DNA of 60,000 bases, from the NCBI RefSeq assembly GCF_963921235.1, contig NC_086101.1, positions 3,102,001-3,162,000 on the forward strand, read 5' to 3'. The notes under the pieces were generated by a model that ran no database searches, had not been told where the DNA came from, and saw only the letters and a program-made list of their open reading frames with translations. Within the stretch, counting starts at the first letter, position 1. Each line of letters opens with the position of its first letter. The DNA comes from Mobula hypostoma (taxonomy: Eukaryota). Position numbers and translations under genes: made by a program. Positions 37,218-50,100 of the stretch are shown in pieces.

Positions 37218-37375
37218 GTTTACCTTACCCAGTCCTCGGTCCGGACTATGTTCGTGCGGTTGGCCAGTCCCTTCCTGTTCAACGTAGAGCACACGTCCCA
37301 GGAGCTGTTCGAGGACCTGCTGAGGCAGGGCGAGGCCTTTGCCCAGGACCGTTTCTACGTGGCTGAGTACAGCAG
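37218..37375 (+). CDS. SOUL gene coding exon 5
   Basis: CCCCTGCCGCAG| ... |GTACGT, 158 nt, phase 0/2: VYLTQSSVRTMFVR...QELFEDLLRQGEAF...FYVAEYS. Confidence 0.9.
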
Positions 37376-37771
37376 GTACGTGGGGAAGGAGGGGACAGGT
37401 GGAGGGTTACAGGAGCGGGGCATGAGGGAGTTGCAGAGGGGTGGGGAATAGAAGGGACGTTGGTTGCAAGAGTGGGGACGGAGGGTACACGGTGTGAGGT
37501 ATGTAAAGGAGGGTGTGGTGTACAGTGTGGGATGCAGAGGGAGGGTGCAGGAGGGTACAAGTTGAACACAGGAGAGGAAGGATGCGAGGAAAGGGCATGA
37601 GAGGGTTGCAGAGTACGGGAGAGTTGTGCTGGTTTTGGCACGAAGGACTGGGGTTTCAGAGGGTGCAGAAGGGGCTGTTAGGGAATGAGGTCCAGCAGGA
37701 AGAGGGGTAAATGAAGGATGATTACTGGGAGAAGTGTGGGGGGGGGTAAAGAAAGAATATGGGGTTGGTTT

Positions 37772-38962
37772 GGAGGGGAACGATAATGAGGGTACGGGTG
37801 ATGTATGGAGAGAGGGGGACAGTAACGAGGTACAGGTGATGTATGGAGAGAGGGGAACGGTAACGAGGGTACGGGTGATGTATGGAGAGAGGGGAACGGT
37901 AACGAGGGTACGGGTGATGTATGGAGAGAGGGGGACGGTAACGAGGTACAGGTGATGTATGGAGAGAGGGGAACGGTAACGAGGGTACAGGTGATGTATG
38001 GAGAGAGGGGAACGGTAACGAGGGTACGGGTGATGTATGGAGAGAGGGGAATGATAACGAGGTACGGGTGATGTATGGAGAGAGGGGAACGGTAACGAGG
38101 TACGGGTGATGTATGGAGAGAGGGGAACGGTAACGAGGGTACGGATGATGTATGGAGAGAGGGGAATGATAACGAGGTACGGGTGATGTATGGAGAGAGG
38201 GGAACGGTAACGAGGTACGGGTGATGTATGGAGAGAGGGGAACGATAACGAGGTACAGGTGATGTATGGACAGAGGGGAACGGTAACGAGGTACGGGTGA
38301 TGTATGGAGAGAGGGGAATGATAACGAGGTACGGGTGATGTATGGAGAGAGGGGAACGGTAACGAGGTACAGGTGATGTATGGACAGAGGGGAACGGTAA
38401 CGAGGGTACAGGTGATGTATGGAGAGAGGGGAACGGTAACGAGGGTACGGGTGATGTATGGAGAGAGGGGAACGGTAACGAGGGTACGGGTGATGTATGG
38501 AGAGAGGGGAACGGTAACGAGGTACGGGTGATGTATGGAGAGAGGGGAACGATAACGAGGTACAGGTGATGTATGGAGAGAGGGGAACGGTAACGAGGTA
38601 CAGGTGATGTATGGACAGAGGGGAACGGTAACGAGGTACGGGTGATGTATGGAGAGAGGGGAATGATAACGAGGTACGGGTGATGTATGGAGAGAGGGGA
38701 ACGATAACGAGGTACAGGTGATGTATGGAGAGAGGGGAATAATAACGAGGTACAGGTGATGTATGGAGAGAGGGGAACGGTAACGAGGGTACAGGTGATG
38801 TGGGAGGGGTACAGGTGATGTATGGAGAGAGGGGAACGGTAACGAGGGTACAGGTGATGTGGGAGGGGTACAGGTGATGTATGGAGAGAGGGGATCGACA
38901 ACGAGGGTACTGGGATGTGGGGTAGTACGGGTGATGTAGGGGGGTACAGGTGATGTATGGAG
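37772..38962. repeat. 38/39-bp G-rich minisatellite, roughly 30 copies
   Basis: Unit TAC[A/G]GGTGATGTATGGAGAGAGGGGAAC GGTAACGAGG(G) with interspersed variants; located in SOUL intron 5. Confidence 0.97.
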
Positions 38963-39129
38963 GGAGAATGGCTGATGCAGTGGGATTTTTTCCTCTCTCC
39001 CCACCTTTCCCCATCTCTCCCTCTCTGTCCCTCATCTTCTCCTCCACCTCTCCCTCCCAGACTCTTACCTTCCTCACTTCCCCATTCCTCTCCTTCCTTC
39101 ACTCTTCCCCTCTCCCTTTCAAACTCGTC

Positions 39130-39785
39130 ATAAGAACATGAGAAATAGGAGCAGGAGTCGGCCATCTGACCCTTCGAGCCTGCTCCACCATTCAATAAGA
39201 TCATGGCTGATCTGACCATGGACTCATCTCCACCTACCTGCCTTTTCCCCATAACCCTTAATACCCCTACTATGCAAAAATCTATCCAACCTTGTCTTAA
39301 ATATATTTACTGAGGTAGCCTCCACTGCTTTGTTGGGCAGAGAATTCCACAGATTCACCACTCTCTGGGAAAAGCAGTTCCTCTTCATCTCGGTCCTAAA
39401 TCCTCTTCCCTGAATCTCGAGGCAATGTCCCCTCATTCCCTAGTTCTAGTCTCACCTACTAGTGGAAAAAATTTTCCAACCTCTATCTTATCTATCTCAT
39501 TCATAATTTGACGTTTCTATAAGATCTCCTCTCATTCTTCTGAATTCCAGTGAGTATAGTCCCAGGCGACTCAATCTCTCCTCATAGGTTAACCCCTTCA
39601 TCCTGGAATCAACCTGGTGAACCTCCTCTGCACTGATTCCAAAGCCAGTATATCCTTCCTCAAGTATGGAGACCAGAACTGCACACAGTACTCCAGGTGT
39701 GGCCTCACCAGTACCCTGTATAGTTGCAGCATGACCTCCCTGCTCTTAAATTCAATCCCTCTAGCAATGAAGGCCAACGTTCCAT
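39130..39785 (-). mobile_element. CR1 3' fragment
   Basis: LAFIARGIEFKSREVMLQLYRVLVRPHLEYCVQFWSP...FSQRVVNLWNSLP. Confidence 0.9.
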
Positions 39786-39945
39786 TTCCTTCTCCCCCCC
39801 CCATTCTTCCCCTCTCCCTCACCCACCCTTTCCCCTCTCCCTCTTCTCGCCCACTCATCAGAAAGGGGGTGCTCTGTGTCGGCCCAGCTGGAGGGGAGGG
39901 CGCCTCTGCCATTCACTGACGTCTGCTCTCCCCTCCCCTTGGCAG

Positions 39946-40036
39946 CCCATTCCGCCTCTTTGGACGACGTAATGAGGTGTGGTACATGGCCCTGGGAATA
40001 GGCCACTGTGACCCGGGCCCCGGGAGACCCTCATAG
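39946..40036 (+). CDS. SOUL gene coding exon 6 (terminal)
   Basis: CCCCTTGGCAG|, phase 2: SPFRLFGRRNEVWYMALGIGHCDPGPGRPS*, with the hallmark SOUL RRNEVW motif. The six exons sum to 633 nt = 210 aa plus stop. Confidence 0.92.
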
Positions 40037-40319
40037 CGGCTGTGACGTGATCAGACTCGGCCTGCCCCCCACCCCCTCCGACGCCCACCCAGGAACCTGA
40101 CTCTCGGACAACAGCGGCCAGACGCGGGGACCCGATTCGGGCATAACCCGGGAGTGCCGGCAGGGAACCAACCAGCGAGATCACCGCCGCCCCCCATCCA
40201 CAGTTCCCACTACCCTGACCACCCGGTGCGGGACAGGGCTCTGAATCTCTCGGGTTCCTCACCTGCGAACAGGAACGGGCGTGCACAGTCGGGAGGGTTG
40301 GCCAGGGGAGGTGATGGCT

Positions 40320-40890
40320 TCCCCTTCCCCCCCATCCCCATCTCTTTTCTCTCCCGCCTCCTCCTTCCTCCCTCTTCCTTGAATCTCTCCCCCCTCCCTT
40401 CCTGTCCCCACCCCTCTCCCTTCCATTCACCCCCTCCTCTCTCCCTCTGTTCCCACCCCCTCTCCCTTTCCCCTCCATTCACCCCCTCCTCCCTCCCTCA
40501 GTCCCCATCCCTCTCCACTCCACCCTTCATTCACCCTCCCTGTCCCCACTCCCTCTCCCCTCCATTCACCCCCTCCCCTCCCTTTCTGTCCCCACCCCTC
40601 TCCCCTCCATTCACCCCCTCCTCCCTCTCTCTATCCGCATCCCCCTCTCCCCTCCAACCTCCATTCACCCCCTCCTCCCTCCGTCCCCACCCCTCTCCCC
40701 TCCATTCATCCCCTCCTCCCTCCCTCTGTCCCCACCCCTCTCCCCTCCATTCACCCCCTCCTCCCTCCCTCTGTCCCCACCCCTCTCCCCTCCATTCACC
40801 CCCTCCTCCCTCCCTCTGTCCCTATCTCCCCTTCATTCACCCCCTCCTCCCTCCCTCTGTCTATATCTCCCCTCCATTCTCCCTCGTCTC
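40320..40890. repeat. Pyrimidine-rich minisatellite (about 45-bp unit)
   Basis: Recurrent CCCTCTCCCCTCCATTCACCCCCTCCTCCCTCCCTCTGTCCCCAC. Confidence 0.85.
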
Positions 40891-41089
40891 TCACTGCACC
40901 CACCCAGTGTCTCCCCCCCCCCGCCCCCTGTCCCAGGCGTAGTAGACTTGGACATGGGGGGGCCCTCTGACAACAGAAGGGAGGGGAGGTGTGGGGGTGT
41001 TAATCTCTGTCCCCCCGAGGGTGGTGGAAGCCAGATTATCACATTTATTTAAGGAGGTGGGGTTGATAGACAACTAATGGAAAGATCAA

Positions 41090-42840
41090 GGAATCAGAAT
41101 TGGGTTGAATATCACTGGCATTTGTCTTGAAATTTGTAGCTTTGCAGCAGCAGTACATAATAAAAACTATAAATTACTGCAAGTGGTATCTCTAAAATTA
41201 AACCGAACGGCACATACAGAGGAGAACCAGAAATAGGGAGGCAGTGTTCATGGGCTCATTGTCCATTCAGAAATCCATTGGCGGAGGGGAAGAAGCTGTT
41301 CCTGGATCATTTGACCGTGTGTCTTCAGGCTCCTGTACCTCCACCCTGATAGTAGCAGTGAGAAGAGGGCATGTCCTGGGTGATGGGGGTCCTTAATACT
41401 GATTGCCACCTTTTTGATGCATGGCCTTTTGAAGGTGCCCTCGATGCTGGGGAGGCTGTGCCCATGGTGAAACTGGCTGAGTTTACAACTTTCTGCAGCA
41501 GTTTCTGATCCAGTGCAGTGGCCCCTCCACACCAGACAGTGATACAACCTGTTAGAACACTCTCCACCGTACATCTGTAGAGATTTGCGAGAGTCTTTGG
41601 TGACGTCCCAAATCTCCTTAAACCCCTATTGATATATAGCTGCTGTTTGTTTTGCCTTAGCTGTAATTACATCGATATGTTGGGCCCAGGATATTTCCTC
41701 AGAGATGTTGACACCCAGAAACTTGAAACTGCTCACCCTTTCCCCTTCTGACCCCTTCAGGAGGACTGGTGTGTCTTCCCTCAACTTACCCTTTCTTAAG
41801 TCCACAATCCATTTGAGGATGAGAAGCAGTTGGCAGGACAGGAGGCCCGGGGGTAGATCATACTGAGTAGAGGTGCAGGTTAGAAGGGCTGAGTGGCCTA
41901 CTTCCTCTCTTCATTCTGGAAATCTGGGCTTGGAATGTTCGGATCCCACCCATGAGCCGGGATCCTGGGTCTTCTGTCCAGCGACACAGCCTATGCCCCT
42001 GAAAAATCCACCCCACTGACAACTTGCGTTAAGTCAAATTTATTATCAAAGTAGATATCAAGGTAGTTACAAGTACTGCCTAGGTATTCATTTTCATGCA
42101 GACGTTTGCAGGAAAATAAAGAACTACAATACAGTTTACAAATAAAGATAGATAGATAGATAGACTTTATTGATCCCGAGGGAAATTGGGGTTTCGTTAC
42201 AGCCGCACCAACCAAGAATAGGGCATAAATATAGCAATACAAAAACCACAAACAATCAAACAACAAAATGCAAACTATGCCAGATGGAAAATAAGTCCAG
42301 GACCAGCCTATTGGCTCGGGGTATCTGACCCTCATACATAAGCAAAGACAACAATGTGCAAAAGAAGATGCAGTGTGCAGATAAAGAGAAGTAAGCACCC
42401 CCGAGGAGACGGTCGTGGAGTCCGTGATGTGAGTCTCTAGGTTGTGGAAGCAGTTCAGTGTTAAGGTGAGTGAAGTTATCCGTGCTGGTTCAAGAGCCCC
42501 ATGGTTGTAGGGTAATAGCTGTTCATGGACCTGGTGGTGTGGGAGCCAAGCCTTATCACGGAGAGTGAAGTTATCCACACCAGCGTAGGGCCCCCACGGT
42601 TGTAGGGTAACAACTGTTCATGGACCTGGTGGTGTGGGACCCAAGGCTCCTGCCCGATGAGGGTGGCAAAAGAGAGCAAGACCTCGATTGCAGGGGTCTT
42701 TGGTGATGGAGGCTGCTTTCTCGTAGTTGTGCTTAATGGTGAGGGGCCTTACCTGTGACTCCACATGGGTTGTCTCCACCACATTCAGTAGTTTCCATCC
42801 CCAGGCACTGCTGTTTCCACACCAGGCTGCAGAGCAGCCA
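41090..42840 (-). mobile_element. Cluster of Rex1/Babar-like fragments
   Basis: ESVLTGCITVWCG, IKDPHHPGHALFSLL and repeated TRSMNSYYP 3' ends. Confidence 0.7.
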
Positions 42841-43571
42841 GATTCTGCCCAGCCCAAGTTCCAGATGGGGGTGGGGGTCGAGGTCAGCTCAGGAAGTTGG
42901 AAGGCTTTAATTCTCTGTCAGATGATTACCTCGGTCCAAGAGGTTGACTGTTTTTTCCCCTCCAAAGACGCTGCCCGACCTGACCTGCACTTTGCATGTT
43001 GCTCAAGATCTCCAGCGTCTGCAAGTCTCTTCGAACACAGAATAACACCGCACAGAACTGGCCCTTCAGCCCTCGAAGTTGTACTGGCTGTGAGATCAAT
43101 CCTCACCGAGCACCTTTGCTCTGCCCACAGCGGCAGGCAGGGCTCGCAGACCGAGGAGCCGGATTGGGCCAGACGGCCGACCGAGTCTGCTCTGCAATTT
43201 GATCTTGGCCGTTCCATTTCCCTCTCGACATCAACAGCCTTCTCCCCAGACCCCTTCACACCCTGACTTCTCAAGAATCTATCAACCTCTGCTTTAAATA
43301 TACTCAATGAATTGGCACCACAGCTGCCTGTGGTAATGCACCACCCGCTGGCCAAGGAAATTCCTCCTCATCCCTGTTCGAAATGGAAGTCCCTCTACTC
43401 TGATGCTGGTCCTAAACTCCCTGACCATAGGAAACATCCTCTTCACATCCACTTTCAACATTCGATAAGTTTCAATGAAGCCCCCTGCCCCTCATTCTTC
43501 TGAATTCCAGTGAGTACAGGACCAGAGCCATCAAATGGTCCTCAGAAGCCTTTCATTCCTGGAATCATTTT

Positions 43572-45480
43572 AGAAACATAGAAACATGGAAAGTAAGTGC
43601 AGAAGTAGGCCATTCGGCCCTTCGAGCCTGCACCGCCATTATGATCAAGGCTGATCATCCAACTCAGAACCCTGTACCAGCCCTCCCTCCATACCCCCTG
43701 ATCCCTTTAGCCACAAGGGCGATATCTAACTCCCTCTTAAATATAGCCAATGAACTGGCCTCAACTGTTACCTGTGGCAAAGAATTCCACAGATTCACCA
43801 CTCTCTGTGTGAAGAAGTTTTTCCTCATCTCGGTCCTAAAAGGCTTCCCCTTTATCCTCAAACTGTGACCCCTCGTTCTGGACTTCTCCAACATCGGGAA
43901 AAATCTTCCTGCATCTAGCCTGTCCAATCCCTTTAGAATTTTATATGTTTCAATAAGATCCCCCGTCAATCTTCTAAATTCCAGAGTATAACCCTAGTCG
44001 ATCCAGTATTTCATCATATGAAAGTCCTGCCATCCCAGGAATCAATCTGGTGAACCTTCTTTGTACTCTCTCTATGGTAATAATGTCTTTCCTCAGATTA
44101 GGGGACCAAAACTGCACACAATACTCCAGGTGTGGTCTCACAAGGCCTTGTACAACTGCAGTAGTACCTCCCTGCTCCTGTACTCGAATCCTCTCGCTAT
44201 AAATGCCAGCATACCATTCGCCTTTTTCACCGCCTGCTGTACCTGCATGCCCACTTTCAATGACTGGTGTATAATGACACCCAGGTCTCGTTGTACCTCC
44301 CCTTTTCCTAATCAGCCACCATTCAGATAATAATCTGTTTTCCTGTTTTTGCCACCAAAGTGGATAACTTCACATTTATCCACATTAAATTGCATCTGCC
44401 ATGAATTTGCCCACTCACTTAACCTATCCAAGTCACCCTGCATCCTCTTAGCATCCTCCTCACAGCTAACACTGCCGCCCAGCTTCGTGTCATTCGCAAA
44501 CTTGGAGATGCTGCATTTAATTCCCTCATCCAAGTCATTAATATATATTGTAAACAACTGGGGTCCCAGCACTGAGCCTTGTGGTACCCACTAGTCACTG
44601 CCTGCCATTCTGAAAAGGTCCCGCTTATTCCCACTCTTTGCTTCCTGTCTGCCAACCAATTCTCTATCCACATCAATAGCTTACCCCCAATACCGTGTGC
44701 TTTAAGTTTGCACACTAATCTCCTGTGTGGGACCTTGTCAAAAGCCTTTTGAAAATCCAAATATACCACATCCACTGGTTCTCCCCTATCCACTCTACTA
44801 GTTACATCCTCAAAAAATTCTATGAGATTCATTAGACATGATTTTCCTTTCACAAATCCATGCTGACTTTGTCCGATGATTTCACTGCTTTCCAAATGTG
44901 CTGTTATCACATCTTTGATAACTGACTCTAGCATTTTCCCCACCACCGATGTTAGGCTAACCGGTCTATAATTCCCCGGTTTCTCTCTGCCTCCTTTTTT
45001 AAAAAGCGGGGTTACATTAGCCACCTTCCAATCCTCAGGAACTAGTCCAGAATCCAAAGAGTTTTGGAAAATTATCACTAATGCTTCCACTATTTCTTGG
45101 GCTACTTCCTTAAGCACTCTGGGATGCAGACCATTGGCCCTGGGGATTTATCTGTTTTTAATCCCTTCAATTTACCTAACACCACTTCCCTACTAACATG
45201 TATTTCCCTCAGTTCCTCCATCTCATTGGACCCTCTGTCCCCTACTATTTCCGGAAGATTATTTATGTCCTCCTTAGTAGACAGAACCAAAGTGGTTATT
45301 CAATTGGTCTGCCATGTCCTTGTTCCCCATAATCAATTCACCTGTTTCTGACTGTAAGAGACCTACATTTGTCTTAACCAATCTTTTTCTTTTTACATAT
45401 CTATAAAAGCTTTTACAGTCAGTTTTTATGTTCCCTGCCAGCTTTCTCTCAATCTTTTCTCCCTTTCCTAATTAACCCAA
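43572..45480 (-). mobile_element. Young CR1 LINE (RT to 3' tail, few frameshifts) nested in an older CR1
   Basis: ORFs 44419-45117, 44312-44572 and 43664-43969; (CATAGAAA)n tail; same subfamily as 57669-58972. Confidence 0.95.
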
Positions 45481-48400
45481 TTTTTGTGAACATCCTGTGA
45501 ACCCTCTCCAATGTCAGCACATCCTTTCTTAGATATGGGGCAGTAATACTCCGAGTGAGGCCTCAACAGTGTCTTATAAGGCCTCAGCATTTTATCCTTG
45601 CTCTTAGTCACTGGCAACCAAAAAATCTCCAATTATTCCCACTGTTTGCCTCCTGCCAGTCAGCCAATGCTCTATCCGTGCTCATATCTTTCCTGTAATA
45701 CAATGGACTTTTATCTTGCTAAGCATCCTCATGGGCAGCACCTTGTCAAAGGCCTTCTGAAAATCCAAGTACACAATATCTACTGACTCTCTTTTGTCTT
45801 TCGTGCTTGCCATTTTCTCATGGAATTCCAACAGATTTGCCAGGCAAGATTTTCTCTTGAAGAAACCATGCCTATTTTACCATGTGCCTTCAAATACTCC
45901 AAAACCTCATCCTTAATCAATTCCAACATGTTCTCAACCACAGAGGTCGGGCTAACTGACCTATAAATTCCTTTTTTCTTCCTCCTTCTGGAAGAGTGGA
46001 GTGATATTTGCAATTTTACAGTCCTTCAGAACGTAATGATTCTTAATTCACTTCTGCTGTCTGATAATCTCCCAACTTCCAGAATACTGCTAGTGTCTTC
46101 CACAGTGAAGACTGATGCAAAATACTTATTCAGTTCATCTGCCATTTCCTGGTTGCCCATTACTATCTCCCCAGTGTCCTGTTCCAGCAGCCCTATATCT
46201 ACTTTCATCTCTGTTTTACTCTTTATTTATCTCAAAAAAATCTTTTTGTTCCTCTTTGACATTATTTGCTAGCTCGCCTTCATATTTAATCTTTTCCTCC
46301 TAATATAACCATATAACAATTACAGTACGGAAACAGGCCATCTCGGCCCTTCTAGTCCGTGCCGAACTCTTACTCTCACCTAGTCCCACCAACCTACACT
46401 CAGCCCATAATCCTCCATTCCTTTCCTGTCCATATAGCTATCCAATCTAAGTTTAAATGACAATATTGAACCTGCCTCAACCACTTCTGCTGGAAGCTCG
46501 TTCCACACAGCTACCACTCTCTGAGTAAAGAAGTTCCCCCCCATGTTACCCCTAAACTTTTGTCCTTTAACTCTCAACTCATGTCCTCTTGTTTGAATCT
46601 CCCCCACTCTCAATGGAAAAAGCCTATGCATGTCAACTCTATCTATCCCTCTCAATTTTAAGTACCTCTATTATCTGCAGCTTAATGTGAAAAAGACTAA
46701 GGAGCTGGTGGTAGACCTGAGGAGAGCTAAGGTACTGGTGACCCCTGTTTCCATCCAGGGGGTCAGTGTGGACATGGTGGAGGATTACAAATACCTGGGG
46801 ATACAAATTGACAATAAACTGGACTGGTCAAAGAACACTGAGGCTGTCTACAAGAAGGGTCAGAGCCGTCTCTATTTCCTGAGGAGATTGAGGTCCTTTA
46901 ACATCTGCCGGACGATGCTGAGGATGTTCTACGAGTCTATGGTGGCCACTGCCATCATGTTTGCTGTTGTGTGCTGGGGCAGCAGGCTGAGGGTAGCAGA
47001 CACCAACAGGATCAACAAACTCATTTGTAAGGCCAGTGATGTTGTGGGGATGGAACTGGACTCTCTCACGGTGGTGTCTGAAAAGAGGATGCTGTCCAAG
47101 TTGCATGCCATCTTGGACAATGTCTCCCATCCACTACATAATGTACTGGTTGGGCACAGGAGTACATTCAGCCAGAGACTCATTACACCGAGATGCAACA
47201 CAGAGCGTCATAGGAAGTCATTCCTGCCTGTGGCCATCAAACTTTACAACTCCTCCCTTGGAGAGTCAGACACCCTGAGCCGATAGGCTGGTCCTGGATT
47301 TATTTCATAATTTACTGGCATAATTTACATATTACTATTTAATTATTTATGGTTCTATTACTATTTATTATTTATGGTGCTACTGTAATGAAAACCAATT
47401 TCCCCCGGGATCAATAAAGTATGACTATGACTATGACTATCAAGTTCTCCCTCAACCTTCTATGTTCCAAAGAATAAAGACCCAACTTGTTCAACCTTTC
47501 TCTGTAACTTAGGTGATGAAACTCAGGTAACATTCTAGTAAATCTTCTCTGTACTCTATTTTGTTGACATCTTTCCTATAACTCAGTGACCAGATCTGTA
47601 CACAATACTCCAAATTTGGCCTCACCAATGCCTTGTACAATTTCAACAAACAGTTTTTTAGTTTTCTTCTGTTATTAAAAGCTTCCCAATTCTTGGAATT
47701 CCTACTAATTGTTGTTCTTTTCTATGCCCTCTCTTTTGCTCTGATGTTGGCTTTGACGTCCTTTGTCAGCTACAAATACATCATCCTGCCTCGAGAATAC
47801 CACTTCCTCTTTGGGATGTTTCTATCCTGCAGCTTCCAAATTGCCGCCTGAAACTCCACCCGTTACTGCTCTGCCACCATCCCTTCGAGTGCCCCCTTCC
47901 AATCAACCTTTGCCAGCTCCTCTCTCATCCCCTTCACTGTAATACTGATACATCTGACTTTAGCTTCTCCTTCTTAAACTGCAGGGTGAATTCTATCATA
48001 TTATGATCACTACCCTAAGCTCCCTAATTAAATCCAGTTCATCACACAACATCCAATCAACTGATCAACTACAAGCTGCTCTAAAAAGCCATCTTGTAGG
48101 CATTCTACAAATTTTCTCTCTCTGGGGTTAGAACCACAGGACACTACAGCACAGAAAACAGGCCATTTGGCCCTTCTAGTCTGTGCCAAAACTTTATTTC
48201 GCTAGTCCCATTGACATGCAGCCAGTCCATAACCCTCCAGACCTCTCCCATCCATGTATCTATTGAATTTATTCTTAAAACTTAAGGATGAGCCCACATT
48301 TACCAGGTCAGATGGCAGCTTGTTCCACACTCCCACCACTTTCTGAGTGAAGAAGTTCCCCCTCAATCTTTCCCCTTTCACCCTAAAGCCATGTCCTCTC

Positions 48401-49860
48401 GTATTTATCTCTCCTCATCTAAGTGGGAAGAGCCTACTCGCATTTACTCTGTCTGTACTCCTCATTATTTTGTAAACTTCTATCAAATCTCCCCTTATTC
48501 TTCTACAATCCAAGGAATAAAGTCCTAACCTGTTCAATCTTTCCCTGTAACTCAACTCTTGAAGATCTGGCAACATCCTAGTAAATCTTCTCTGCACTCT
48601 TTCAATCTTGCTGATATCCTTCCTATAGTTAGGTGACCAGAACTGCACACAATACTCCAAATTTGGCCTCACCAATGTCTTATACAATCTTACCATAACA
48701 TCCCAACTTCTATACTCAATACTTTGAAAGTGCCAGGATGCCACTTTCAGGGAATTATGTATCTGAACTCCCAGATCCCTTTGTTCCTCCGCACTCCTCA
48801 GTGCCCTGCCATTTACTGTGTATGTCCTTCCTTGATTTGTTCTTCCAAAATACAACACTTCACACTTGTCTGCATTAAATTCCATCTGCCATTTTCTGGC
48901 CCATTTTTTCAGTTGGTCCCGATCCCTCTGCAAGCTTTGAAAGCCTTCCTCGCTGTCTACAACACCTCCAATCTTAGTATCTTCACACTTGTCTGATCCA
49001 ATTTACCACATTATCATCTTGATCATTGATATAGACAACAAACAACAATGGTCCCAGCACAGATCCCGGAGGCACACCACTAGTCACAGGCCTCCAGTCT
49101 GAGAAGCAATCATCCACTACCACTCTCTGTCTTCTCCCACACAGCCAGTTTCGAATCCAGTTTATAACCTCTCCATGGATACCTAGTGTCTGAACCTTCT
49201 GAACTAACCTCCCATGTGGGACCTTGTCAAAGGCCTTACTAAAGTCCATGATAAACACCAACCTGATTTCCCCAATCTACCTGCATATTGAAATCCCCCA
49301 TGACTATCGTAAGATTGCCCTTTTGACATGCATTTTCTATTTCCCATTTGAATTTGAGCCCACATCCTGGCTACTGTTCAGAGGTCTGTGTATAACTTCT
49401 GTCAGGGTCTTTTTACCCTTGCAGTTCCTTAACTCTACCCACATTGATTCTACCTTGTCCAATCCTATGTCACCCCTTTCTAAGGATTTGATTTCATTTC
49501 CTTTAACCAACGGAGTGTCCCCACCCCTCTACCTACCTGCCTGTCCTTTTAATACAAGGTGTGTCCTTAGATGTTAAGCTCCCAATTAAGTTATCTCTCA
49601 GCCCGACTCAATGATGCCTACAATGTCATACCTTCCGATTTCTAACTGCGCTACAAGATCACCGACCCTATTCCGTAGACTGTCCGCATTCAGTCCTGTG
49701 TTTGCCACCTTTTTCATTTTTATCCCCGTTACACTGCAGCTCATCCTATTGGCTGAAATGTTCCCTGTCATCTGCCTGTCCTTCCTGACGGCCTCTCGAT
49801 ACACTGTCTCTGTTCGTATACCTACTGTCCCAAACTCAACCTATCATTCAGTTTCCCAAC
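45480..49860 (-). mobile_element. Stack of nested CR1 fragments (younger inserts at about 46305-47650 and 48130-49250)
   Basis: Several CR1 RT/APE motifs and 3' tails; the APE N-terminus (NADSLRNRVGDL...YDIVGIIES) lies at about 49600-49700. Confidence 0.85.
46670..47440 (+). mobile_element. Rex1/Babar-like LINE 3' fragment
   Basis: ORF 46630-47286 LQLNVKKTKELVVD...YKYLG...FLPVAIKLYN, AATAAA and a (TATGAC)n tail. Confidence 0.92.
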
Positions 49861-50100
49861 AACACACATAAAAGTTGCTGGTGAACGCAGCAGGCCAGGC
49901 AGCATCTCTAGGAAGAGGTGCAGTCGATGTTTCAGGCCGAGACCCTTCGTCAGGACTAACTGAAGGAAGAGTGAGTAAATCCCTTACTCACTCTTCCTTC
50001 AGTTAGGAACCTCTTCCTAGAGATGCTGCCTGGCCTGCTGCGTTCACCAGCAACTTTGATGTGTGTTGCTTGAATTTCCAGCATCTGCAGAATTCCTGTT
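49859..50100. mobile_element. Inverted pair of Penelope pLTR ends; hammerhead (minus strand, 49921-49958) in one arm only
   Basis: 49859-49978 is mirrored by 49983-50068; the hammerhead has GAAACAUC instead of GAAACGUC. Confidence 0.85.

Noticed and set aside
37355..39252. Three long ORFs (451-549 aa) of Pro/His/Ser repeats
   Set aside because: They are open in all three minus frames only because the minisatellite unit lacks stops; antisense to a SOUL intron.
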